Below the pieces are notes generated by a model that saw nothing but the letters and a program-made list of their open reading frames with translations, did not search any database and was not told the DNA's origin. Of a stretch of 64,000 nt of DNA, positions 1 to 12,038 are shown piece after piece; positions within the stretch are counted from its first letter, which is position 1; the number at the start of each line of letters is the position of its first letter. The translations under genes and the position numbers were made by a program. Origin of the DNA: Antedon mediterranea. Taxonomy: Eukaryota > Animalia > Echinodermata. The stretch is taken from assembly GCF_964355755.1 (NCBI RefSeq), contig NC_092674.1:28768001-28832000 (forward strand), given 5' to 3'.

Positions 1-194
1 CTAGTGGAAACCAAGCTTATAACTTTTAATTTACGTTGTCTCAGATAAAGATATCATTTACACTAAATAATGACAAATTATTGACGAACCATCACGATCA
101 AATACTGTAGGCCTACTTCAATTGAATTTAGAAATGAAGAAACGATTTTATTGATTCGTCAGTTTTCCCTTCGTCGTTTCGAAAGCATCTGATT

Positions 195-244
195 CCGATC
201 ATATAGAGATATTATATGGTGAACTATAATATCTCTATGATCGG
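195..244. repeat. Near-perfect short palindrome/hairpin (possible mini-MITE)
   Basis: ccgatc-(at)-atagagatattata-tggtgaac-tataatatctctat-gatcgg. Confidence 0.7.
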
Positions 245-541
245 ATGTATTGCTCATAATGAAAAATGAAAGATTATAAAATCAGACTATGAATAGGCCA
301 TTTTGCAGTTTTAATAGTTATTCACTTCCGCAGAAAAAAAAAATGATTTCACCAAAAAAAGACAAAATAAATAGTTAAATTTAACCAAAACCATTTAATT
401 GATTTAATTTGACGATTTTACCCTTTAAATTACAGTTTTTCAGGTATATAATATTGGTCGATCTAATTTTTTTTAAAGTGACATTATAATAGCATATTCA
501 ACAATTTTTTGAATTTTTCAGGAGGGGTCATAAAATCTTTC
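243..541. mobile_element. Degenerate copy of a ~330 bp non-autonomous DNA element (Kolobok-like; family of 14618-14971)
   Basis: Shares internal sequence (gacaaaataaatagttaaatttaaccaaaa, ttccgcagaaaaaa) in reverse orientation with 14618-14971 and 25335-25651. Confidence 0.55.
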
Positions 542-1506
542 AATATAATTTTCGCTGAAATTTAAAATATTTCGTCAAAACGTTGATCCACAACTTGTTT
601 GTCATTCATTTTTATTAATTATTTAATTAAGAAATTCATATTTGTATAGCATTGGGATAGCTATACAGGTATTATGTGGCGTAGGATGTGCACGTACGAG
701 AACTTTGCCGCATGCAATTTTGGGGTCTGATTACAATCTGCAGCAGACAACAAGCGAACAACATACAGTATATCAAAAATACAATAATTAATGAAATACT
801 GTAATATTGTTTATTTTTATTATTAAAAATCACAAAAAAATATATTATACATAACCATATATTTATTACTTGAATTAAGTTGAATACAAAACATTTTGAA
901 TTAATTTATGAACATGTTATGTATAACCTTAGCAGCAGACGACCAAATTGACCTTGTGTGACCCCAGCCATGCAGTACAACGTGGAATAAACCGGAACAA
1001 CATAAACATATGGAACTCCTCTTGCTGAGTTAGTACACTTAATTTTATTTACTGTTTATTGTGTTTAGCCTATACATATCTCAGTGTAATAATAGTATAT
1101 AAAATTTAGTTGTTTAGGTCAGTTGCTGATATCCATATTATGGTTTAGAGATACGTTAAAATTCATACATGAAAGGCTAGGCTAGGCCATGGAGTACTTT
1201 ACTCCATATGGCTAGGCTTACCTAAAATAGCTTATCATCAGTGTGGGCCTGTGCTGTGTGTGGTGTGCCATACCTCCGGAGTCGGGACTGGGCCAGCAGC
1301 AGCTAGGAGAAGGCTTAGCTTCCAGGAAATCAGTGACTAGTCTCTACTAATACGATTCAGTTTATGGTGGTGTGTAAAAAACTATAAAATAAAAAGGAAG
1401 GTATTTCCACAACATACCTCCTGCCTATAAAAACTAAAAAAATGTAAAGTATATATACGGACCCTATATATATTATATTATAAAGTATGTTATCATGTTC
1501 ATAGTT

Positions 1507-1570
1507 ATGGAAAACGATGAAATTAAAGATGCCACTACAAAACGGATAAGAAAGTTTCAGGAAATCAGAG
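1507..1570 (+). CDS. FPGT: FPGT coding exon 1 (MENDEIKDATTKRIRKFQEIR-G)
   Basis: ATG at 1507. Translation resembles the vertebrate FPGT N-terminus (ATQRKLRRFSELRG). Ends AGAG|gtttgt, phase 1, matching exon 2. A catag acceptor at 1500-1504 suggests an upstream 5'UTR exon. Not in the ORF track. Confidence 0.85.
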
Positions 1571-1683
1571 GTTTGTTTTTTGGTGGAACATGTCGTTTTA
1601 ATGTAAATCACTACTAATGTCTTAAATGAATAGATCTGCAAGTTCGCTATATAATCCATACCTTCAAAATGATTAAATTGCAG

Positions 1684-1851
1684 GGAAAGATATTGGCAAT
1701 GTTCAGTTTTGGGATATTGTTGTAATAACTGCAAGAGATGAGAATCAAAGAAGAGCTTACGATCTCCAGCTAAAGGAAAAACTGGAGAATAAACAGCTCC
1801 CTCTTGGGGTGAAATATCTTTCTATTGCAGATCCACCTGAAGCAAAAGTTG
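1684..1851 (+). CDS. FPGT: FPGT coding exon 2 (GKDIGNVQFWDIVVITARDENQRRAYDLQLKEKLENKQLPLGVKYLSIADPPEAKV-G)
   Basis: ttgcag acceptor and G|gtaagt donor; 168 nt, frame-preserving. Contains the conserved FWD-x-V-x-ITA and DP-x-x-AK-x-G motifs of FPGT/fucokinase N-termini. Confidence 0.93.
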
Positions 1852-2042
1852 GTAAGTTTACTGAAATTAAAAATACTGTATAAACATATAAATAATTATT
1901 TAGATTTTAAAATGTTTTATTTTAAAATATTGTATTTCAAATTCAAACTATAGCTATTTTTGTAATTTATGTAAATTAAAAACAAGCTAAACTAAAAACC
2001 TACCTACTTTAGACACATAAATTATCTTATATTTCTTTGCAG

Positions 2043-3532
2043 GTAATGGAGGATCAACAATGCATGTACTGTTGCAGTTAAAGACTCGGTTTGAAAATGA
2101 CCTAGCATCAATGAAAGTGCTGCTGATTCATGCTGGGGGTTATAGCCAACGATTACCCAACGCTAGCCTGCTGGGCAAAGCATTCATGCCTCTACCCCTG
2201 GGGGATCCATTATATCAAATGCTGGAGATGAAGCTAATTACGTACATTGATTTACCTTCAAGAATGGATCCAGGAGTGTTTGTGTGTTCTTCTGATACTC
2301 TTGAGCTGTTTGTTTTGGACAGAGGTCATCACAATCATTCTTGGTCTTTCAAGAGTCCAGGATTCACCGCTCTGGCACATCAGTCATCTTTATTGATAGG
2401 CACAACTCATGGAGTCTTTGTATTGTCTGAAGATTTGGATTTGGATTCTAATGATTCCGTCTTCACTGAATCTCTACAGTTTCTTCATAAACCGTCGGTG
2501 GATGTGATGAAAGAGATGGGTGCTGTTAGACAGCACTCCTCTGGATCTAAAGACTTTGTGTTCACAGATAGTGCCTATTTTATGGACTACCATACAGCAA
2601 ATAGATTAATAGACTTCTATCAGAATCACGCACCAATACTTTGTGAGATTGATGCATATGGTGATTTTTTACAAGCTCTTGGTTGCAGGGGATCATCAGA
2701 ATATACAAAGAATTCGCAAAATGTTAGTGAAGAGACTGGTAATCTTGTTTCTACTCGAGAACAAGTCTTTCAACTTCTTACAGGAACACCATTCCATGTC
2801 ATAGCTTTTAACAAATCTGTGTTCTATCATCTGGGGACGACAACCGAATACCTTCACCATCTCTGTGAAGATGTTCAACTCTTGAACCAGTTAGGAGCTG
2901 CTTGGAATGATAACACGACCACAGAACCTAGACATAAAAGGATGAGAACGACTGATGGCAGACCAGGAAGGATGTGTTTGATGCATTCTGTGATTGATGA
3001 ACAAGTAGTAAAAACTATGTCAATTGTGGAATACTGCCATCTTAAAAATGTCAGAATTGGCAACAACTGCATCATCAGTAACTGCAAACTAAAGTCAAAA
3101 CAACTGGTTGTGGTTCCTGACAACACATTTCTTAGCACTGCATGTATTCAAATTAGACACAAACAAATGTATGTTACCTTCATCTTCAACATCCACGACA
3201 ATTTAAAACAATCTTCACGTTCTTTAGCAGATTTAAATTTTTTCAGGCAACCTGTGGAATCAATTTTTTCTGAAAATCAAGAAGAGATTAAGGCAACATT
3301 ATTTCCTCTAAATTGTGCAACTTTCAAGCTATGGGAGATGAAGATGTTCACACCTTCTGAAACAATGGAAGAGTCTGTAACCATAGCTTTGAAGTTACAG
3401 GTGGACATCACATCCAATATACAATTGAAATTGTCAGAATTCTCAAAGTCGTTGTCCATGGATGATATACTAAACATGAAGTTTGTTGAGGGCGTCCTTC
3501 AATACAGACGGAATCTTGCTGTCATTTTGTAA
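2043..3532 (+). CDS. FPGT: FPGT coding exon 3; fucose-1-phosphate guanylyltransferase (GDP-L-fucose pyrophosphorylase, fucose salvage pathway); spliced protein 573 aa
   Basis: ttgcag acceptor completes GNGGST. Contains LLIHAGGYSQRLPNAS-x-LGK, GTTHGVFVL, FLHKPS, CEIDAYGDFLQALG and FYHLGTTTEYL. Exon lengths 64+168+1490 = 574 codons including the stop. Confidence 0.95.
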
Positions 3533-3574
3533 TTAAATTGCCATACTTGACTGACTGTAATATGCACTGATGTC

Positions 3575-6500
3575 CATAGTACAGGAATTTTTTCGAAAAA
3601 AAATTGACAAATTATCGACTTTTTAAAATATGTTGAGGTATCATGTGCAGAACACATTATATGCATCTGCGTATGCCAATTTATGATATAGTAATCAGTT
3701 ATGTAGAAAAATAAAAAAATCGAAATTTGGGCATTTTTCGTAAATTTTCTTGTACAAGAAAATGGCCAAATTATCAACATTTTAAAATTCAATTATTATG
3801 CAATAATTTTGCCATATATAAACATATATTGTGTTATCATCATCTTAGAAAGTCATAGTAACCACTTATCTCAAAAAATAAAAAGGTCGAAATTTGTCAA
3901 TTTTTCGAAAATTTCCCTGTATACAGGACTATTTTCAAATTTTTTTTCAAAATATCGACCTTTTAAAATTCAATTATTATGCAATAATTTTAGCATTTAT
4001 GCATATATATTGCGTTATTATCGTCTTAGAGAGTCATAGTTACCAGTTGTATAGAAAAATAAAAAGGTCTAATTTGGGCATTTTTCGAAAATTTCAAAAA
4101 TGGCCAAAATATCGACCTTTTAAAAATTAATTATTATGCAATAATATTGCCATATATGAACATATATTGTGTTATCATCATCTTAGAAAGTCGTAGTAAC
4201 CAATTTTACAGGGAAATTTGCGAAAAATGGCCGATTTTCGACCCTTTTATTTTTTGACATAAATGGTTACTATTGCATAATAAACATGCGCAGAGACGAA
4301 TAATGGGTTCTGCGCATGTCAATTGTGCTATAGTAACCACTTTTGACATAACTGTCAAAAAATAAAAAGGTTGAAAATTTGCCATTTTTTTGATAAAATC
4401 CCTGTACTATAGGACAGGAACATTTCTAAAAAATAGCCGATTTTCGAACACTTTTTTTGTGACATAAATGGTTACTATATACATGGTTACTATATACATG
4501 CGCAGAGTCAACTAATGGGTTCTGTGCTTGTTAATTGTGCTATGGTAACCAATTTTGACATAAATGGTTACTATAGCATAATATACATGCGCAGAGTCGA
4601 CTAATGGGTTCTGCGCATGTTAATTGTGCTATGGTAAACAGTTTTGACACAAATTATTATTATTATTATTTATTGCCAAAAACCAGATACAAACAAACAA
4701 AAACACAGAAACTACGGGAGTAGGTAGTAGTAAATGGTTACTATAGCATAATATACATGCGCAGAGTCGACTAATGGGTTCTGCGCATGTCAATTGTGCT
4801 ATAGTAACCAGTTTTATTGAAAAATAAAAAGGTCAAAAATTGGCCATTTAAAAAAAAAAATCCCTGTACTATAGGACAGGAAAATTTCTGAAAAATAGCC
4901 GATTTTCGACCCTTTTATTTTGTGACATAAATGGTTACTATAGCATAATATACATGAGCAGAGTCAACTAATTGGTTCTGCGCATGTTAATTGTGCTATG
5001 GTAAACAGTTTTGACATAAATGGTTACTATAGCATAATAAACATGCGCAAAGTCGACTAATGGGTTCTGCGCATGTCAATTGTGCTATAATAACCAGTTT
5101 TATCGAAAAATAAAAAGGTCGAAAATTGGCCATTTTTTTGAAAAAATTCCTATACTATAGTACAGGAAAATTTCCGAAAAATGGCCGATTTTCGACCCTT
5201 TTATTTTTTGACATAAATGCTTACTATAGCATAATATACACGCGCAGAGCCGACTAATGGGTTCTGCGCATAGTAATTGTGCTATAATAACCAGTTTTAT
5301 CGAAAAATAAAAACGTCGAACATTGGTTACCTTAGCATAATAAACATGCCCAGAGTCGACTAATGGGTTCTGCGCATGTTAATTTGTGCTATAGCAACCA
5401 CTTTTGACATAAATAGTTACTATAGCATAATAAAAATGCGCAGAGTCGAATAATGGGTTCTGCGCATATCAATTGTGCTATAGGAACCAGTTTTATCGAA
5501 AATAAAAAGGTCGAAAATTGGCCATTTAAAAAAAAAATCCCTATACTATAGTACAGGAAAATTTCCGAAAAATGGCCGATTTTCGACCCTTTTATGTTTT
5601 GACATAAATGCTTACTATAGCATAATATACACGCGTAGAGTCGACTAATGGGTTCTGCGCATAGTAATTGTGCTATAGTAACCAGTTTTATCGAAAAATA
5701 AAAAGGTCGAAAATTGGCCATTTTAAAAAAAAAATCCCTCCGAAAAATGGCCGATATTCGACCCTTTTATTTTTTGACATAAATGGTTACTATAGCATAA
5801 TATACATGCGCAGAGTCGACTAATGGGTTCTGCGCATGTCAATTGTGCTATAGTAACCAGTTTTATTGAAAAATAAAAAGGTCAAAAATTGGCCATTTTT
5901 AAAAAAAAATCCCTGTACTATAGGACAGGAAAATTTCTGAAAAATAGCCGATTTTCGACCCTTTTATTTTGTGACATAAATGGTTGCTATAGCATAATAT
6001 ACATGGGCAGAGTCAACTAATTGGTTCTGCGCATGTTAATTGTGCTATGGTACCCAGTTTTGACATAAATAGTTACTATAGCATAATAAAAATGCGCAGA
6101 GTCGAATAATGGGTTCTGCGCATATCAATTGTGCTATTGGAACCAGTTTTATCGAAAATAAAAAGGTCGAAAATTGGCCATTTTTAAAAAAAAATCCCTA
6201 TACTATAGTACAGGAAAATTTCCGAAAAATGGCCGATTTTCGACCCTTTTATTTTTTGACATAAATGCTTACTATAGCATAATATACACGCGTAGAGTCG
6301 ACTAATGGGTTCTGCGCATAGTAATTGTGCTATAGTAACCAGTTTTATCGAAAAATAAAAAGGTCGAAAATTTGCCATTTTTTAAAAAAAATCCCTGTAC
6401 TATAGTACAGGCAAATTTCCGAAAAATGGCCGATATTCGACCCTTTTATTTTTTGACATAAATGGTTACTATAGCATAATATACATGCGCAGAGTCGACT

Positions 6501-9320
6501 AATGGGTTCTGCGCATGTCAATTGTGCTATAGTAACCAGTTTTATTGAAAAATAAAAAGGTCAAAAATTGGCCATTTTAAAAAAAAAATCCCTGTACTAT
6601 AGGACAGGAACATTTCTGAAAAATAGCCGATTTTCGACCCTTTTATTTTGTGACATAAATGGTTGCTATAGCATAATATACATGGGCAGAGTCAACTAAT
6701 TGGTTCTGCGCATGTTAATTGTGCTATGGTAACCAGTTTTGACATAAATGGTTACTTTAGCATAATATACTTGCGCAGAGTCGACTAATGGGTTCTGCGC
6801 ATGTTAATTGTGCTATAGGAACTACTTTTGACATAAATAGTTACTATAGCATAATAAACATGCGCAGAGTCGAATAATGGGTTCTGCGCATATCAATTGT
6901 GCTATAGGAACCAGTTTTATCGAAAATAAAAAGGTCGAAAATTGGCCATTTTTAAAAAAAAATCCCTATACTATAGTACAGGAAAATTTCCGAAAAATGG
7001 CCGATTTTCGACCCTTTTATTTTTTGACATAAATGCTTACTATAGCATAATATACACGCGTAGAGTCGACTAATGGGTTCTGCGCATAGTAATTGTGCTA
7101 TAGTAACCAGTTTTATCGAAAAATAAAAAGGTCGAAAAATGGCAATTTTTTTGAAAAAATCCCTGTACTATAGTACAGGAAAATTTCCGAAAAATGGCCG
7201 ATATTCGACCCTTTTATTTTTTGACATAAATGGTTACTATAGCATAATATACACGCGTAGAGTCGACTAATGGGTTCTGCGCATGTTAATTGTGCTATAG
7301 CAACCACTTTTGACATAAATAGTTACTATAGCATAATAAACATGCGCAGGGTCGAATAATGGGTTCTGCGCATATCAATTGTGCTATAGGAACCAGTTTT
7401 ATTGAAAAATAAAAAGGTCAAAAATTGTCCATTTTTTGAAAAATCCCTGTACTATAGTACAGGAAAACTTCCGAAAAATCACCGATTTTCGACCCTTTTA
7501 TTTTTTGACATAAATGGTTACTATAGCATAATATACATGCGCATTATTATGGTTACTATAGCATAATATACATGCGCAGAGTCGAGTCAACTAATGGGTT
7601 CTGCGCATGTTAATTGTGCTATGCTAACCAGTTTTGACATAAATGGTTACTATAGGATAATAAACATGCGCAGAGTCGACTAATGGGTTTTGCGCATGTC
7701 AATTGTGCTATAATAACCAGTTTTATCGAAAACTAAAAAGGTCGAAAATTTTCCAATTTTTGAAAAATCCCTGTACTAAAGTACAGGAAAATTTCCGAAA
7801 AATGGTCGATATTCGACCCTTTTATTTTTTGACATAAATGGTTACTATAGCATAATATACACGCGTAGAGTCGACTAATGGGTTCTGCGCATGTTAATTG
7901 TGCTATAGCAACCACTTTTGACATAAATAGTTACTATAGCATAATAAACATGCGCAGGGTCAAATAATGGGTTCTGCGCATATCAATTGTGCTATAGGAA
8001 CCAGTTTTATTGAAAAATAAAAAGGTCAAAAATTTTCCATTTTTTGAAAAATCCCTGTACTATAGTACAGGAAAACTTCCGAAAAATGACCGATTTTTTA
8101 CCCTTTTATTTTTTGACATAAATGGTTACTATAGCATAATATACATGCGCATTATTATGGTTACTATAGCAAAATATTCATGCGCAGAGTCGAGTCAACT
8201 AATGGGTTCTGCGCATGTTAATTGTGCTATGCTAACCAGTTTTGACATAAATGGTTACTATAGGATAATAAACATGCGCAGAGTCGACTAATGGGTTTTG
8301 CGCATGTCAATTGTGCTATAATAACCAGTTTTATCGAAAACTAAAAAGGTCGAAAATTTTCCATTTTTTTGAAAAATCCCTGTACTATAGTACAGGAAAA
8401 TTTCCGAAAAATGGCCGATATTCGACCCTTTTATTTTTTGACATAAATGGTTACTATTGCATAATAAACATGCGCAGAGTCGAATAATGGGTTCTGCGCA
8501 TGTTAATTGTGTTATAATAACCAGTTTTATCGAAAAATAAAAAGGTCGAAAATTAGTCGACTAATGGGTTCTGCGCATGTTAATTGTGCTATAGTAACCA
8601 CTTTTAACATAAATAGTTACTATAGCATAATAAACATGCGCAGAGTCGACTAATGGGTTCTGCGCATGTTAATTGTGCTATAGTAACCAGTTTTATCGAA
8701 AAATAAAAAGGTCGAAAATTGGCCATTTTTTTGAAAAATCCCTGTACTATAGTACAGGAAAATTTCCGAAAAATGACCGATTTTCGACCCTTTTATTTTT
8801 TGACATAAATGGTTACTATAGCATAATATACATGCGCAGAGTCGACTAATGGGTTCTGCGCATGGTAATTGTGCTAGGGTAACCACTTTTTACATAACTG
8901 GTTACTATAGCAAAATAAACATGCGCAGTGGCGAATAATGGGTTCTGCGCATGTCAATTGTGCTATAGGAACCAGTTTTATTGAAAAATAAAAAGGAAAT
9001 GTATATATTTATTAGAGAGTCATAGTAACCAGTTATCAAACAATAAAAAATTTGAAATGTGGGCATTTTTAAAGAGAGTCATAGTAAAATATTTTAAAAT
9101 ATGTATTGAGGTAACATGCGCAGAACACATTTTGTGCGTCAGCGCATATAAATTTATGATAAATAAAAAGGTCAAAATCTGGCCAATTTTTGAAAAAATC
9201 CGTGTACTATTAGGCCTAGTGCATGAAATTGTCAAAAATAAAAGGGTCGAAGTTTGGCCAAAGTGGGCCTACTATATTTCTAAAAATATGTTGAGGTAAC
9301 ATACGCAGAACACATTTTCT
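3575..9320. repeat. Complex satellite of two self-palindromic modules (A ~89 bp; A+B ~197 bp) with higher-order repeats
   Basis: Module A: ggttactatagcataat...catgcgcaga-gtcgactaatgggt-tctgcgcatg...attgtgctatagtaacc. Module B: aaaataaaaaggtcgaaaattggccatttt...cctgtactatagtacagg...aaaatggccgattttcgacccttttatttt. Homogeneous core ~4200-9000 with degenerate flanks. Confidence 0.95.
4654..4731 (-). mobile_element. Very short retroposon 3' end with (AAT)n tail inserted in the satellite
   Basis: Interrupts a satellite unit at gac(a)/aaat|ggttac. The minus strand reads ...ggcaataaataataataataataat. Confidence 0.55.
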
Positions 9321-10589
9321 CGGCGTACCTTGGTTTTGCAATGTAGGAGCGGGAAAGTTAAGCGCAGACTACATAAAATGATGACCATTCACCCTGTCGA
9401 TTTCCTATATCTCTTAATAGGGGATTTAGTTACAACTTACAATAAACAGTTTTTACAGTAAAAATCTTCTTTTTTTTCCAATTTGTTGAAAGTGCAACTG
9501 GGAGGGGGGGGGGGGGTATCGTTATTCAACTTTTTGATTTCTTACGCGATTACTCAGAATTGTGCCAAACCTCTCTTCTATCTGGTCATCTCATCCCTTT
9601 TGTTGGAAAAGTTCGGACAATTTTTTTTTCTTTACAAAGGAGTTACCTGTGCAGGATATAATAAAACAAACGATCACAGCAGATGTGGCAGCCTATTATC
9701 TACCTTAGATGGGCATGGATAGGCCGCGCCAGGGAGTTGAATTTTTATTTTACAATCCTGGATAGGCTTAGGACTACTTGTGATTGTGAAAATGTGCGTA
9801 AATTAATATATAATCTAGTTCGATGGTTGAGTTTATTACTTCAAACGGACTGGAAAATGGTCAAGCCCTTCCCTGGTAGTGGAGGGGGAAATATGAGAAG
9901 TGGGTGGATATGGGGTGTGTGGATATTTACTCAAAAAGATTGTTTTAGGCCTCGTAGATTTAGATACGGTAAGATTGGTAAAGACCAGGGAAACTGGTAA
10001 AGACGTAACCGTTTTCGCTGTGGGCTACAGACTTCGTCTTGCTCTAAAATTAGTCTCCTTATCCAATAGTGTCGTAATAACACTTCCGATATCTATACAT
10101 CCTCGTGTACAGACCACACACGATTTTAATTGAGGATTACCTTTCAGATTACATATGTTTGATTGTCTTATCACCGACAAAAATCACCCAGTCCAGATTA
10201 TACCTTACAATTAGCTCCGAAAAAGATCAATGCCACGTGTGAACTACTTCCGGTTAGGATACCTACACACCCTCCCTCACGCGTGGCTGTTAGATAGAAA
10301 TCAGGACGGTGAAAATGTGTCTATGAAAAGGGAATGAATGCTTGGTGGTTCCCCGTTGGTGATAGCTCAGCTGCTAGGCCCGTTTATATATGAGGCATAA
10401 AACAATTGGTTTGATGATCAGCAACGAGTCATCCTATTATAGAACTGAATAATATAGAAACGTAACTCATCATCATCTGTCATTATTTTCTTTGCCTGTC
10501 AATTTCATCAACTCCTGCTCAACTCTACCAATCCCATACCTCACGTGCCCGCCCATACTTTATATCATGATGATGAAACTCGTCGTTCA

Positions 10590-10802
10590 AAATTGCAGAC
10601 CCTAAAATATGGACTAACCTACCAACTGAAATTAAATATTCCCCAACAATTGCTTTATTCAAAGCTAGATCTCGATTTAATTTTTTTTCACAAACTAAAC
10701 ATTTTTTTCGATTTTTTTTTGTATTTAAAACAGGACCACAACGCAAGACAGGTTTTCTTTAGTTGATTGTTTAATCCTGTGTAAAGATGCTGTTAAATAA
10801 AA
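10590..10802 (+). mobile_element. Degenerate LINE (CR1/L2 group) 3' end
   Basis: Encodes PKIWTNLPTEIKYSPTIALFKAR, typical of LINE ORF2 C-termini. The 3'UTR motif caggaccaca is shared with 11450-11700 and 34995-35170. Confidence 0.6.
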
Positions 10803-11449
10803 AGATATCATAGCGCATGCTTATCAACACGATTCGATTTTGGCACGCGTAACGGAATATCGCGGACCTGGGAAGGTTTCAGATAATTGATAATTTTCTA
10901 TGATACTTATATCTGTTTCTATAATTTCTTATATTGCTTTAAAATGCCACTCAATTATAATCGACAGTGTCAATAACATTCACTATAAATATTTTGTAAT
11001 TTTTGTTTATGAATTTAAACAAAATAAACAAATTCAGCTGAACGCAGTACGAAAATTTAATATTCATTGTATAACAATCACAAAACAGAGGGAGCAAGGT
11101 AAACCAAATACTATTTACAAAAACATTTTAAAAAAAATAGTTTCTGATAAGTCTCAAATTATTTCACATACATCAAAGGTGTTTCTATGTCAATTTGTTT
11201 TTAGAAAATTCTCGAAGTTTCTGAAGGTCTAGGCTTACATTTAAAGATCCATCGTAGAATTGCTAGAAGATTGGTCTACCTGATTGGCGCCAATTAGCAC
11301 TACATTATTATTGTTATGACAATAGATCAAAACAAATTAATCGAATGATTTAAAATTAAAAACAGTATGAAGGAAATACAATTCAGTTAATTTAGTTCCT
11401 CCACACACCTTTTTATTAATATAAAAACAACCAATGTACTATAGGGTTG

Positions 11450-11700
11450 GCCTGGTCTTATCAACAACATTTCCATCAACAGTTTCCGAGAAGTCAAGCC
11501 TTAAACATTTCAAAAGTACCACAAATAATTCGAACAAACAAACTTTGTCTTCTTAGCAATATATTTTTAAAGTTATCACAAGATCAAGTTTTAAGCTTTT
11601 TTTTAAACATTTTATGTTATATGGAAAAACAGGACCATATGTAAAACAGGTGCAATAATATGTTTTTATCCTGTCTAATATGTTTTTAAATAGATAAATA
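11450..11700 (+). mobile_element. Degenerate LINE 3' fragment
   Basis: HQQFPRSQ...PQIIRTN resembles the H-x-x-x-TR...RTN ORF2 end; shared aaacaggacca...aaaacagg 3'UTR motif. Confidence 0.4.
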
Positions 11701-11866
11701 TGAAAATATCTCTTGCCTACATTGATTCGTTATCTACTTGTTCTATATGTAGGCCTACGGTAAAAATTCATAATTTTTGATTATGTGTCAATGTCATGGA
11801 ATTTATGGATTATACAACGTGTTTACAGGAGTTAAAGTGCATAGTAGAATCCAGAAAATACACTTA

Positions 11867-11913
11867 TTCTCACTCCTGAAGAAGATCAAAGATATTGATC
11901 GAATTGTTGAGAA
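11867..11913 (+). other. Degenerate minimal hammerhead-ribozyme-like motif (Penelope type)
   Basis: ttctca-ctc-CTGAAGA-a-gatcaa(agata)ttgatc-GAATTGTT-gagaa. Core box, stem II and stem I are present, but GAAAC is mutated to GAATT. Confidence 0.4.
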
Positions 11914-12038
11914 GCTTAAAAGATGTTTTGTTTAGAACTAAAATATACGTGGTACAACACACTGTATAATGTTGTGTATAGGCCTATACAGTATTTAATT
12001 TCACACCTTAATAACCAAATAATAATTAACCAATTCAA

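Noticed and set aside
1357-1734. 125-aa minus-strand ORF
   Set aside because: Antisense to FPGT exons 1-2, AT-biased composition, no homology recognised
2060-2062. ATG 2060 as the FPGT start
   Set aside because: Conserved upstream motifs are encoded by two upstream exons with compatible phases
5389-8886. Repeated ORFs (CAEPISRLYACILCYS)
   Set aside because: Translations of the satellite, interrupted by homopolymer indels
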